Shown here: one piece after another, positions 47,519-57,451 of the stretch
Layout of the letters: the number at the start of each line of letters is the position of its first letter
How positions within the stretch are numbered: position 1 is the first letter of the stretch
Origin: Bacillota bacterium
GTDB lineage: Bacteria; Bacillota; Dethiobacteria; DTU022
NCBI GenBank assembly: GCA_033549065.1
Contig: JAWSUE010000012.1
Coordinates: 5,222 to 69,221, forward strand
DNA: 64,000 bases
Reading direction: 5' to 3'
Notes under the pieces: model-generated
The model's database searches: none
The model's input: the letters and a program-made list of their open reading frames with translations, nothing else
Told to the model about the DNA's origin: nothing
Program-made: the position numbers and the translations under genes

Positions 47519-48787
47519 TTATGCTTCCAGCAATTTTTTCATATTAAGTTTTTCGCTGTATTCCGAGTCCATTTCTAGGAGGCCTCCCGGAAATTCGTAT
47601 TTGGCCATCCTTGCTATATATGGATCCGGATCGAAGGATTCAGGCCCGTGGACCCCTTTCAAATCCCAAATTCCTTTGGCAGCCAACTCGAGCATGATTA
47701 CCGGACTGAATGCAGTCTGTGCTACAACAGAATTTGTCCTGTATTTCTTGTAACACTCCTGGTTGTCTGCTACCTGGTAAAGGTAAACTGATCTTCTCAT
47801 CCCGTCTTTTTTCCCGGTTACCCAGGTCCCGGCACAACCTTTACCGATCATTTTTGGTGCAAGTTCAAGGGGGTTCGGAACAACTTTAACCAGAAAATCC
47901 CGTGGAGTTATTTCACTTTCTCCAACCTTGATTTTCCTGGTGGCGCTATCCATTCCGCAGTCCTGAAGATTGAGCAGCAATGCCCTCATTTCACGGGGAA
48001 CCCCGAACTTAAAGGTAACCCTGTTACAGTCGATCTCTCTGGGGATGAGGATAACCTCTTCATGCTCGATATTGATCACTTCAACGTCGCCTATTCCACC
48101 CGGAAAAGAGAAGATCTCCGGTTCAGAAAAAACTTCAGTACAGTACCAGCCGCGATCCTTTTCCCATATAACAGGCGGATTGAGACACTCTTCTATAGTA
48201 GTCCAGATTGAAAAACCGAAAGCTACGCCCTCATACCCGGGTATTTCGTAATTGTCTCCATCCCGAACGTTTATTTCATCGATGGTATCAAAAAGATGCT
48301 TGGCTGCAAACTTGGCATAAACATTGGCCATACCGGGTTCAACTCCTGAACCGACTATAGCCATCAAACCTGCTTTTTGCCAATCTTTATGCCTGGCAAA
48401 CTGGTAGTCACCCAACTTGACGTTGGTCAACTCGTAAGGTTTTTCCGGATGCTTTTTAGATAAAGTCATTGCACAGTCTATATAGCCTACATTGCATTCC
48501 AGGCATGTGTCGAAAATATTTTCGTTGAAAACCGGCTCAACCGCATTCATCACAAAATCAATCTGATGTTTTTTAATCAGCTCTTTGATACTTTCTGCAT
48601 TACCCGCATCAACCTTTTCGGCGACAAACCGGTAGTCGCTACACATGGCGGCAACCTCTTCAGCTCTGGGCAGTTTATAATCAGCCAGGACAACTTTTTC
48701 TGCCCAGGAGCCTTCTTCTCCGGCCCGTTTGATGATCATTGCTGTCGATTGCCCCACACCTCCCGAGCCGATAATAAGTAATTTCAA
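47519..48787 (-). CDS. saccharopine dehydrogenase family NAD(P)-binding protein (carboxy(nor)spermidine dehydrogenase-like)
   Basis: An N-terminal Rossmann fold (KLLIIGSGGVGQ) and a saccharopine-DH C-terminal domain. I prefer the TTG at 48787, 6 nt after GGAGGG. Confidence 0.7.
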   Translation of the reverse strand: MKLLIIGSGGVGQSTAMIIKRAGEEGSWAEKVVLADYKLPRAEEVAAMCSDYRFVAEKVDAGNAESIKELIKKHQIDFVMNAVEPVFNENIFDTCLECNVGYIDCAMTLSKKHPEKPYELTNVKLGDYQFARHKDWQKAGLMAIVGSGVEPGMANVYAKFAAKHLFDTIDEINVRDGDNYEIPGYEGVAFGFSIWTTIEECLNPPVIWEKDRGWYCTEVFSEPEIFSFPGGIGDVEVINIEHEEVILIPREIDCNRVTFKFGVPREMRALLLNLQDCGMDSATRKIKVGESEITPRDFLVKVVPNPLELAPKMIGKGCAGTWVTGKKDGMRRSVYLYQVADNQECYKKYRTNSVVAQTAFSPVIMLELAAKGIWDLKGVHGPESFDPDPYIARMAKYEFPGGLLEMDSEYSEKLNMKKLLEA

Positions 48788-48820
48788 GGGTATCCCTCCG
48801 CAGAGTTTATTTATAAACAA

Positions 48821-48843
48821 AGGCGGCCATTAAACGGCCGCCT
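48821..48843 (-). terminator. intrinsic terminator after the symporter gene
   Basis: In the minus sense, AGGCGGCC-GUUUAAU-GGCCGCCU is followed by UUGUUUAUAAAUAAA. Confidence 0.5.
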
Positions 48844-48858
48844 GTTTACACCATGTAT

Positions 48859-50466
48859 TTAAGAAGACTTGGACCAGAAGAATTTTGGCATATTACTCAT
48901 GTCTTCGCCGTCAAGCGTCCTCATCGGTTTAGGAGGATATTTCTTCTGGGTTGCCAGTGAAACAATTATTAAAGTCAGGAAGCTGATGATAAAAGCCGGA
49001 ACCAGGGCAATGAAGATTGCATCATCCATAGCCCATGACATATATACCTCGCCCTCAACCAAAACATCCATATTTGCTTCCATGGTTGCAGGCAGGACTG
49101 CCAGGTAGACAATGATCCAGGAAACAAGGCCGGTAAAGAATGAACTTACGGCGCCTGCTACATTCGCTTTCTTCCAGAAGTAACCGATTATATAGGCTCC
49201 GGAAACGGTAGCCAGCTGGATGCCACCGGAAAGGACGATCAACTTGTAGACTGTTTCAAAGTAAAGGGCAATCGCCATAGCAAAAAGAGTTACAATTGGA
49301 ATGCAAATCCTGACTACTTTCAGTACCTGTTGTGGAGTGGCTTCAGGTTTTAAATTGCGATAAATATTATGCCCGATCAGGGTAGAAATAATCAGCGAAT
49401 TGTCTCCGGAAGTGCTGACAATGGCCGCTGCCAGGGATACGATAAAGAGTACGCCAGCCCAGGGAGGCAGGAACGTATAGGCTGCCCAGGGCAAAACATT
49501 TTCAGCTTCAGATACAGGCACCCCTTCGAGCATCCCTGTCGTAAATACGGCAATTCCGATCAAAACCGGTATCATACCGATAGTCAGGTAAAGCACCCCG
49601 CTGGTCAGAAAACCGGCAACAGCTGTCTTCTCGTTCTTAGCTGCCAACGCTCGCTGCATCAATACCTGGCTCGGAACATCGCCCAGAGATAGTGAAGTCC
49701 ACGCCGAAATATATAGCAGGACGGCAAACAGGCCGGTATACCAGAGGTACCCCTCCTCGCCACTTTCTATCTTCATCGACCAGGTTGGCAGTTCAGCCCA
49801 GTTTTCAGCGGTTTGGAATAGCTCGCCAAGTCCGCCAACCTCACCCAAAGCAGCAGGCAGGAGAACCAGAAGACCAACAATGATCAGAACAAACCCGATG
49901 GCATCAACCCGGGACAGGGCCCAGAGGCCACCGAAGCTGGTTACTATGATGATGGCCACCGTAGCGATAATTACAGCAGTTTGCATGCTGAACCCGGTGG
50001 TGAGATAAACAATAATTCCTAAAGCCACCAACTGCCCGCCCAGCCAGGCCAGGGCAGAGAGAATCTGAATGATAGTATATAGTAAGCCGCTGAACTTGCT
50101 ATAACGATGGTTAAAGAAATCTGTAACTGTTGTATACTTGGCTTTACGCATTCTGTAAGCGAAGAAAATACCGATAATGACCATGCAAAGGGCTGGTGCC
50201 CAGGGGTCGAAAATAACCCCCTGCATTCCGAAGAGAAATGCATAGCCGGCAGCTCCCATCATTGCCCCGGCACAGATCCATGTGGCAATAATCGAAGGGA
50301 CCATGAATATAAAGCTAAGCTGGCGTCCGGCAACGGTAAGGTCGTCTGCTTCATGAACTTTGCGACTGTAGAAAACGCCGAGCCCGATAATAACAACCAT
50401 GTAGATTCCGAGGAATAGAAGGATCCAATTAGCTGTTGAAAATACTTGCAGGATACTATCTTCCAT
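48859..50466 (-). CDS. sodium:solute symporter (SSS) family transporter
   Basis: About 13 TM helices and SSS-family similarity (PutP/PanF-like). Confidence 0.85.
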   Translation of the reverse strand: MEDSILQVFSTANWILLFLGIYMVVIIGLGVFYSRKVHEADDLTVAGRQLSFIFMVPSIIATWICAGAMMGAAGYAFLFGMQGVIFDPWAPALCMVIIGIFFAYRMRKAKYTTVTDFFNHRYSKFSGLLYTIIQILSALAWLGGQLVALGIIVYLTTGFSMQTAVIIATVAIIIVTSFGGLWALSRVDAIGFVLIIVGLLVLLPAALGEVGGLGELFQTAENWAELPTWSMKIESGEEGYLWYTGLFAVLLYISAWTSLSLGDVPSQVLMQRALAAKNEKTAVAGFLTSGVLYLTIGMIPVLIGIAVFTTGMLEGVPVSEAENVLPWAAYTFLPPWAGVLFIVSLAAAIVSTSGDNSLIISTLIGHNIYRNLKPEATPQQVLKVVRICIPIVTLFAMAIALYFETVYKLIVLSGGIQLATVSGAYIIGYFWKKANVAGAVSSFFTGLVSWIIVYLAVLPATMEANMDVLVEGEVYMSWAMDDAIFIALVPAFIISFLTLIIVSLATQKKYPPKPMRTLDGEDMSNMPKFFWSKSS

Positions 50467-50520
50467 ACGTTGTAAATCCTCCTTATTAATTAATAATATG
50501 CTAAATTACTTAGGTATCTA

Positions 50521-50763
50521 TTAACCTCCGGCAACACGGGGATTAAAGACGATAAGCTCACCTCCCTTAAGGGATTCGTCCAGGCTAGATTTACTTCCAT
50601 TTACCTGAATAAAAGAAACTGAGGAGGTGGGAATACCCAGTTGTTCGGCAATTTCACGTACTGTTAGTATCGTTCTATCGAATTCTAGTTCCAGTGTGTC
50701 GGAATCATTCCCGTATTTTTTCAGCGGGCCTTTTAACTGGAGAAAAACTTTCATTTTCTGCAC
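50521..50763 (-). CDS. MoaD/ThiS family sulfur-carrier protein
   Basis: 80 aa with a beta-grasp fold and a C-terminal GG. Confidence 0.75.
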   Translation of the reverse strand: MQKMKVFLQLKGPLKKYGNDSDTLELEFDRTILTVREIAEQLGIPTSSVSFIQVNGSKSSLDESLKGGELIVFNPRVAGG

Positions 50764-50791
50764 CTCCTCTTTTGTTGCTTACTTACATTTT

Positions 50792-52546
50792 CTAAAGGTT
50801 CAATTCTGTTTTCTTGGCTTTGCTTATCCGGCCATTGTCTTCCCAACCGCGCAGTTTGTAATATTCAGAGAGCATTTTTTCGTATTCCTCTCGCGGCAGA
50901 AGTTTGCCTTCAGTTGCACCGGTGGTCAGTTCTTCTTTATATATGCGCTCGGGCAGGTAATCATCTTTACGCACGAAGCCTTCCCTTTCGTTGAAAAGGC
51001 GGGCTAGGTTATTAATCCGCTCTCCGATTTTGATCAGATCATCGGCAGAAATTTCCCTGTTCAGAAGTGAACTCAGAATTTCAGCCATTCGCTCGGTGCT
51101 GAGAGCCCAAAAATCACAGAATATAGCTGAGAATTTAACTGAATTAATTTCTTGCAGATCAATAACCAGTTTAGCCTTACCTTCGCTGGTAAAAGGATCA
51201 ATATCTCCGAATGCTTCCACAGCAGCCGGCCAGGCTCTCATGTGACAGGCTCCGCGGTCGGCAGTGCCGTAAGCCAGCCCCATTGACCATGATCCTCTCG
51301 GCTCGTAACCCGGTATTTCAAGGCCTTTTACCTGCATGGCAAAGTCAGAGCCTCCATACTTTTCTGCCATGGCCCTGACTCCCATGGCCAGATCAGCGCC
51401 AACGCCTTCTTTACGGGCAATTAATCCGGGCATTTCCAAATATCTTTCCACCTGGCCGAACCTGATGTCAAAGTCATGGATGCTCTTTTCAGTAAGTTCC
51501 ATGGCAAAGGCAACAGCGTTACCGGCCGATATTGTATCTAAACAGTGATCATCGCAAAGACGATTAAATTCCATTACTGCTTCCAGATCACCTATTCCGC
51601 AGTTGGATCCACAAAGCGCAAGTGTTTCATATTCCGGTCCCTCAACCCGGGTGTTACCTTTAACGACATAGTTGCTGCAGGCCAACGGGCAGGCGAAACA
51701 GGCTTTTTTGGCTTTAAGGAAACTTTTAACTGCTTCGGAATTTACACCTTCATAATCGTCAAAAGTACCTTCCTGAAAGTTGCGGGTAGGAAGGATCCCG
51801 GTTGACTGGCTTAAATCGACAATCATGGGGGTCCCGTCACTGTAAGCCCACATGTTATCATCGGTCATCGTATCTTCACGCTTTATTTTATTCATGGCAG
51901 CAGAAAATTTACGGGTATTGGGTATTTTAATCCCCTTGGTACCCCTGACAGAAATTGCTTTCAGGTTTTTACTGCCCATAACGGCGCCAATACCTCCGCG
52001 ACCGGCCTGCCGGTATAGTTCAGAACTGATGCAGGCCATGGGGATAAGATTTTCTCCGGCCTGTCCGATTGCCATGGTAACTACATCTCCCAGAGTATCG
52101 GCAATTATATGCTCTGTTTCATGAGCGCCTTTACCCCAGATCCCTGCGGCACTGCGCAGTTCAACTTTATCGTCTTCAATATAGAGATAAACCGGTATTT
52201 TAGATTTACCTTCAATGATGACAGCATCATAACCGGAGTATTTTATTTCGGCAGATATGTGACCGCCAATAGAACAGTCTAGAATTGTGCCTGTGGCCGG
52301 TGATTTAGCGGCGATAGCGAGCTTCCCCGAGTTGGGTATAATCGTACCCGTCATCGGTCCGGTCATCAAAATCAGTTTATTTTCTTCAGATAGAGGATCA
52401 ATACCCGGTTCCAGTTCTTCGTAGAGATATTTGATACTCAGCCCTTTGCCGCCAAGATAATCATTTGCCCACTGCTCATTCAACGATTCGGTTGTAGCTT
52501 TTCCGGTTGACAGATTAACTCTTAATACTTTTCCGGTATAGGCCAT
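50792..52546 (-). CDS. aldehyde:ferredoxin oxidoreductase (tungsten-containing AOR family)
   Basis: Full-length AOR family protein with the N-terminal AFOR_N domain (MAYTGKVLRVNLSTGK...) and the C-terminal domain. Confidence 0.9.
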   Translation of the reverse strand: MAYTGKVLRVNLSTGKATTESLNEQWANDYLGGKGLSIKYLYEELEPGIDPLSEENKLILMTGPMTGTIIPNSGKLAIAAKSPATGTILDCSIGGHISAEIKYSGYDAVIIEGKSKIPVYLYIEDDKVELRSAAGIWGKGAHETEHIIADTLGDVVTMAIGQAGENLIPMACISSELYRQAGRGGIGAVMGSKNLKAISVRGTKGIKIPNTRKFSAAMNKIKREDTMTDDNMWAYSDGTPMIVDLSQSTGILPTRNFQEGTFDDYEGVNSEAVKSFLKAKKACFACPLACSNYVVKGNTRVEGPEYETLALCGSNCGIGDLEAVMEFNRLCDDHCLDTISAGNAVAFAMELTEKSIHDFDIRFGQVERYLEMPGLIARKEGVGADLAMGVRAMAEKYGGSDFAMQVKGLEIPGYEPRGSWSMGLAYGTADRGACHMRAWPAAVEAFGDIDPFTSEGKAKLVIDLQEINSVKFSAIFCDFWALSTERMAEILSSLLNREISADDLIKIGERINNLARLFNEREGFVRKDDYLPERIYKEELTTGATEGKLLPREEYEKMLSEYYKLRGWEDNGRISKAKKTELNL

Positions 52547-52938
52547 TATTTATTCACCTCCTCGAAGGTTAGCGCCTCTGTTGGACACCAGTTGGCACAA
52601 CTACGGCACTGGACACAAACCCCTATCCCCTTCGGTTTCTTGACAATTACCTGCGGAGGGCAGATATCGACACATAGGCCGCAGTCAGTACAGAGTTCTT
52701 CAACAAACGACAGACGGTCGTTTTTGAGAATTATCGCATCTACCGGACAGGCTTCTACACAGCTTAGACAAAGGTCACAGGTTTGTCCCTTTACCACCAG
52801 ACCATCACGGTTGTAGCGGGAAGTAATCTTCAGCCGAGCTAAACGGGGATTAAATTCCTCTTCATTTTGTGCGCTGCAGGCTAAATGACACAGCTTGCAG
52901 CCGATACATTTTTCTGCATGAAAAAACAGCGCTTTCAA
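52546..52938 (-). CDS. 4Fe-4S poly-ferredoxin
   Basis: Four CxxCxxCxxxCP-type cluster motifs. It overlaps the AOR start by 1 nt. Confidence 0.85.
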   Translation of the reverse strand: MKALFFHAEKCIGCKLCHLACSAQNEEEFNPRLARLKITSRYNRDGLVVKGQTCDLCLSCVEACPVDAIILKNDRLSFVEELCTDCGLCVDICPPQVIVKKPKGIGVCVQCRSCANWCPTEALTFEEVNK

Positions 52939-52962
52939 GCAATACCCACTCCTTTCATCAAA

Positions 52963-54303
52963 TTAATTATCAGATACTTTTTTTGTAACCTTTTCAATCA
53001 TCTCCACCACCTGATCGATCTCCTCGATACTGATCGTCAGGGCCGGTTCGATCCTGATCGTTGATGCATTATTCAGCGTTCCGGCAACCAGTATCCCGTT
53101 TTCGAAAAGGCCACGGGCTACTTTGTAACCGGTTAGATCATCAGTGAATTCCAGACCGATCAACAGCCCTTTTCCACGGGCCTCTTTTAGAGCTGGATAT
53201 TTTCGGGCTATACGCTGTAGCTTGGGTAAGATATAACTGCCCTTTTCAGCAGCCTGCTCGACGATTCCTTCATCAATGATCACCTGTATTCCCGCTATTG
53301 CAGCCGCACAGGCAAGGGGGTTGCCGCCGAAAGTTGTTGAATGCAGGAACGGATTGGGCATCATTTGCTGCCAGATTTCTGAGGTTGAAACATATGCCCC
53401 TATTGGCATAACTCCACCACCGAAAGATTTTCCCAGGCACAAAATGTCGGGGACTATACCATAATGTTCAATGGCAAACATCATTCCCGTCCGGCCCATG
53501 CCCGTTTGAACTTCGTCGACAATTAACAAAACACCAAACTCGTCACAAATTTCCCGAACGTGAGCGAAATATTCTTCAGGGGGGATAACAACTCCTCCTT
53601 CGCCCTGGATCGGTTCAAGAATTACGGCGGCAATTTCCTGGCCGACAGCAAAGGAGCTGGATATAGTTTTCTTCAGGATGTCGGCATCACCAAAGGGGAT
53701 ATGCTGAAAATAGGGCAGGAGGGGCAAATAAGGTTTACGGAAAACCGATTTACCTGCGGCGCTGAGAGAACCCAGTGATTTGCCGTGATATCCTCCAACA
53801 GCAGCGATAACCCCTGGTCTGCCTGTATGCAGCCTGGCCAGCTTTAAAGCGCCCTCAATTGATTCTGTGCCGCTGTTGGTAAAAAATGAATACTGGAGAT
53901 CTCCCGGGGTAATCAAGGCAACGATTTTTGCCAGCATTGCCCGCAGTGGATCGAGCAGTTCCTGGCTGTGCAGCGCCTGTCGCTCCAGTTGATTTTTGAC
54001 CGCTTCCACCACTTTTGGATGGCGATGCCCAACATTGTATACTCCATAACCACCAAGGCAATCAACATATCTTCTTCCGTTAATATCGGTAAATCCGGTA
54101 CCGCTGTCAGACCATTCCACCGCCTTGTAATCGGTTGAAACCGATTTGCGGTATTCCAAAAAACCGGGATTACAGTGTTCTTTAAAACCCTGCAGCGTCT
54201 CGTTGGTGATCCAGTTAATATCATCATCTGTTAAATTTTTTTTTGAAATAAAGTCGAGAACTTTTTCACTATAGCTAAGTGCGTTGATCAGTTTTTCACT
54301 CAA
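52963..54303 (-). CDS. class III (omega-amine) PLP aminotransferase (putrescine/GABA/acetylornithine aminotransferase family)
   Basis: The GGYGVYNVGH, DEVQTGMGRTG and LCLGKSFGGG (Schiff-base Lys) motifs. TTG start with an AAGGAAGG SD. Confidence 0.85.
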   Translation of the reverse strand: MSEKLINALSYSEKVLDFISKKNLTDDDINWITNETLQGFKEHCNPGFLEYRKSVSTDYKAVEWSDSGTGFTDINGRRYVDCLGGYGVYNVGHRHPKVVEAVKNQLERQALHSQELLDPLRAMLAKIVALITPGDLQYSFFTNSGTESIEGALKLARLHTGRPGVIAAVGGYHGKSLGSLSAAGKSVFRKPYLPLLPYFQHIPFGDADILKKTISSSFAVGQEIAAVILEPIQGEGGVVIPPEEYFAHVREICDEFGVLLIVDEVQTGMGRTGMMFAIEHYGIVPDILCLGKSFGGGVMPIGAYVSTSEIWQQMMPNPFLHSTTFGGNPLACAAAIAGIQVIIDEGIVEQAAEKGSYILPKLQRIARKYPALKEARGKGLLIGLEFTDDLTGYKVARGLFENGILVAGTLNNASTIRIEPALTISIEEIDQVVEMIEKVTKKVSDN

Positions 54304-54344
54304 ACCAAATTTCCTTCCTTTTGCAGTCGGATATTAGTAATTCA

Positions 54345-54360
54345 TGCAATATTAGTGCCA
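54345..54360 (-). promoter_or_regulatory. sigma-54 (-24/-12) promoter, TGGCAC-TAATA-TTGCA in the minus sense
   Basis: A perfect consensus about 40 nt upstream of the aminotransferase start. Confidence 0.65.
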
Positions 54361-54505
54361 AATATGGCTAACAATGATCTTCTGTTATGGTTCCATTTGA
54401 AAACCAAAAAACCGCTGTATTGTCTTATTTTAAAGCTTTTTTTAAATTAATATTGTTAATCCAGGTATCTCAATATTAATAAATTCTAATTTGGCTGTCA
54501 TATTC

Positions 54506-54521
54506 TTCTCGATAATGAGAA
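54506..54521. promoter_or_regulatory. putative enhancer palindrome TTCTC-GATAAT-GAGAA
   Basis: An inverted repeat about 150 bp upstream of the minus-strand sigma-54 promoter, between the divergent activator gene and the operon. It resembles the TTCTC..GAGAA sites at 18.6 kb. Confidence 0.35.
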
Positions 54522-54621
54522 ATTATTTGAGACCTGGCTAAATTAACGGCAGGGTATCGGAGCGAGGTGACGAATAACTCTTAAAATGCTAAATCTAATT
54601 ATTTTAACGGAGACTTGCTGA

Positions 54622-56421
54622 ATGACCGGATTGATGCGTATACAACCGATGGTTCAGGACCTTGCGGAAGCGATAGCAGCAGCGCTTTCAATTGAGGTTG
54701 AAATAGTGGATGAAGAACTGACCGTAGTTGCCGGCAGCAGCTGCTACAAAGAAAAAATAGGGCAAAAAGAAGAACTGGGCCTTCTGGATAGTGATTTTTT
54801 ATATGCCAGAACATTACGCAGCGGGAAGTCGTTTGTGGTGAATGACCCGATCAGTGATCCCGGATACGATCCATCTTCACTTGAGGGGACTACTCCTGAG
54901 ATGGCCGAAATTTGTTCACCCATCCTTTTGGATCATAACGTTATCGGGGTTATAGGCTTGGTTGCTTTTGATAAAATGCAGAAGGAGAAGCTGATTTCCA
55001 AAACAGGAGCGGTCTTATCTTTTCTGCAGCATTTAAGCCGGTTTCTGGCAGCCAAGGTATCAGAAAGCGAAGCAGTTGATCGCCTGACCAGGGTTTCAAT
55101 TGAGCTTTCTACAATACTTGAAACTATTCATGAAGGAGCTCTGGCTATTGATGCCAATGGTGTGGTTACACATTCCAATACAACTGCAGAAAAGTTATTG
55201 AGACTAAACCGGAATGAAATTCTTGGCAAAAACCTGGGTGATTTCTGGGTAGATACTCCGGCGCTGGAAGTTTTGAAAACAGGTAAGGAATATATAGAAA
55301 AAGAAGAATTTTACCAGGCCAAAGGTCGTCGAAGTATGCACTTTATAGTTTCAGTGCGTCCCATCCCGGGACCTGACAGGCCTGACGGCGCTGTCGTCTC
55401 ATTTCGTGATATATCCGAAGCTCGCAGGCTGATCTATGATCTTAGCGCAACGGCTATGGATTATACTTTTGAAGATATAATCGGCGAAAGCAAATCGATC
55501 CTGCAGGTTAAAGAACAGGCTCTGAGAGTTGCCGCCGGAAATTCAACGGTCCTTATTACCGGAGAGAGCGGGACAGGTAAAGAAATATTTGCCCGGGCTA
55601 TACATTCGGCCAGTACCAGAAAAGAAGGTCCCTTTATCAGCGTCAACTGCGGAGCAATTCCGGAAACACTTCTGGAGAGTGAACTGTTTGGATACGAGGG
55701 AGGAGCTTTTACCGGGGCAAGAAAAGAGGGTAAGGCAGGCAAATTTGAACTGGCCAACGAAGGGACAATTTTCCTTGATGAAATCGGTGAAATGCCACTG
55801 CACCTGCAGGTTAAACTTCTGCATGTCCTGCAAAACAGGGAAGTTGAAAGGGTTGGTGGTTCAAAGAAAATCCCTGTTGATGTAAGGATAATTGCCGCCT
55901 CCAACCGTGATTTGGAAAATATGATGCACGAAGGAAATTTTCGTAAAGATCTCTATTTTCGCCTGAGTGTAATTCCCCTGCATATCCCCCCCTTGAAAGA
56001 ACGCCGAGAGGATATTCCGGCCCTGGTTGAGAGATGTCTCGATAAATATGCTCCCATGCTGAACAAAAAGTTTAATGCAATCGATCCGGACGCCATCAAG
56101 TGTTTGCTGCACTATCACTGGCCGGGAAATGTGCGGGAACTTGAGAATGCTGTGGAGTATGCTGTAAATATGGCTTCTGGAGATACTGTTACGCTGATGA
56201 GTCTGCCGCCCAGAATAAGGGAAACAGAGACTGATAAGATTATGACGGCAGATCTACCTCTGAAAGACCGGGTAAAAGAATATGAAAAAATTATACTGCA
56301 TGAATACCTGCAGAGATATGGCACATCTTTTGAGAGCAAAAATGATATTGCCGAAAAACTTGATATAAGCCGCGCAACTTTATATCGCAAGCTGGCCGAA
56401 CTCGGTCTCTCAAACAAATAA
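54622..56421 (+). CDS. sigma-54-dependent transcriptional activator (sensor domain, PAS, AAA+, HTH)
   Basis: GESGTGKE, the GAFTGA motif and a C-terminal Fis-type HTH. Its N-terminal sensor domain is paralogous to that of the activator at 16788..18581. Confidence 0.9.
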   Translation: MTGLMRIQPMVQDLAEAIAAALSIEVEIVDEELTVVAGSSCYKEKIGQKEELGLLDSDFLYARTLRSGKSFVVNDPISDPGYDPSSLEGTTPEMAEICSPILLDHNVIGVIGLVAFDKMQKEKLISKTGAVLSFLQHLSRFLAAKVSESEAVDRLTRVSIELSTILETIHEGALAIDANGVVTHSNTTAEKLLRLNRNEILGKNLGDFWVDTPALEVLKTGKEYIEKEEFYQAKGRRSMHFIVSVRPIPGPDRPDGAVVSFRDISEARRLIYDLSATAMDYTFEDIIGESKSILQVKEQALRVAAGNSTVLITGESGTGKEIFARAIHSASTRKEGPFISVNCGAIPETLLESELFGYEGGAFTGARKEGKAGKFELANEGTIFLDEIGEMPLHLQVKLLHVLQNREVERVGGSKKIPVDVRIIAASNRDLENMMHEGNFRKDLYFRLSVIPLHIPPLKERREDIPALVERCLDKYAPMLNKKFNAIDPDAIKCLLHYHWPGNVRELENAVEYAVNMASGDTVTLMSLPPRIRETETDKIMTADLPLKDRVKEYEKIILHEYLQRYGTSFESKNDIAEKLDISRATLYRKLAELGLSNK

Positions 56422-56438
56422 GCAGAGGAGGAGAAACG

Positions 56439-57347
56439 ATGTCTCCATTGGAATGGAACTGGTACATTGAATATACCACTGATTATCATGGTTACCTTTA
56501 TGCGATTAAACAATATCTGTTCAACGGTGTAACCCCTTTCCAGAAAGTTGACATTATCGAAACTTATACTTATGGTAAGATGCTAATACTTGATGGTAAA
56601 ACTCAGTCAGCTGAGTTTGATGAGCACATTTACCATGAAGCTTTAGTTCATCCGGCAGCGGTCATGCATGGGAATCCGAAAAAGGTTATGGTCATGGGTG
56701 GGGGAGAAGGTGCAATAATCAGGGAAATTTGCCGTTACAAAAATATTGATGAGATAGTAATGGTTGACATTGACCGCACAGTAGTTGAAATGTGCCGTGA
56801 ACATCTCCCGGAGTGGCATCAGGGTAGTTTTGATGACAGCCGGGTCGAACTGCTGCATATGGATGCAAGGAAATATCTCGAAGAAACTGATCGAAAGTTC
56901 GATATTATCTACAGTGACTTGACGGAGCCTGCTGAAGAAGGTCCATCCAAACTCTTGTTCACCCGTGAATTTTATAAAATGGTTAAAACCAGGCTCAATC
57001 CCGGTGGGATACTGGTTGTTCAGTCAGGAGGATTCAGTACTGATTATCTGAGTATTCACGGGGCGATCAGAAATACTCTCAACCTCAATTTTCCTTATGT
57101 TCGATCGTACCATACCTTTATTCCTTCGTTTGACTGCTCCTGGGGCTACATGATTGCCTGTGAAAATCGAACCAATTTTGATCTTAAACGGGAAGAGGTC
57201 GACAGGCGCTTGGATGGGATTTCCGACCAACTGAAATTTTATGATGGCGAAACCCACGAAGGGATGTTTTGTGTCCCCAAAGATATACGCCTTGCTCTTG
57301 ATAAAGACCGGGCAATCATCGAGGACGAAAAACCGCTATCCTTCTGA
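56439..57347 (+). CDS. speE: polyamine aminopropyltransferase (spermidine synthase)
   Basis: A spermidine synthase tetramerisation N-terminal region and the MGGGEGAIIRE and IYSDLTEP motifs. Confidence 0.85.
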   Translation: MSPLEWNWYIEYTTDYHGYLYAIKQYLFNGVTPFQKVDIIETYTYGKMLILDGKTQSAEFDEHIYHEALVHPAAVMHGNPKKVMVMGGGEGAIIREICRYKNIDEIVMVDIDRTVVEMCREHLPEWHQGSFDDSRVELLHMDARKYLEETDRKFDIIYSDLTEPAEEGPSKLLFTREFYKMVKTRLNPGGILVVQSGGFSTDYLSIHGAIRNTLNLNFPYVRSYHTFIPSFDCSWGYMIACENRTNFDLKREEVDRRLDGISDQLKFYDGETHEGMFCVPKDIRLALDKDRAIIEDEKPLSF

Positions 57348-57451
57348 TCCTACATTCTTAATTTTGAGAATAATATGTTCCAATTTCTTATTAATTAGAT
57401 TCTCTTGGGATATGATGTCCAGGTATATCCTTTGTTTTTCTGAAGTACATA

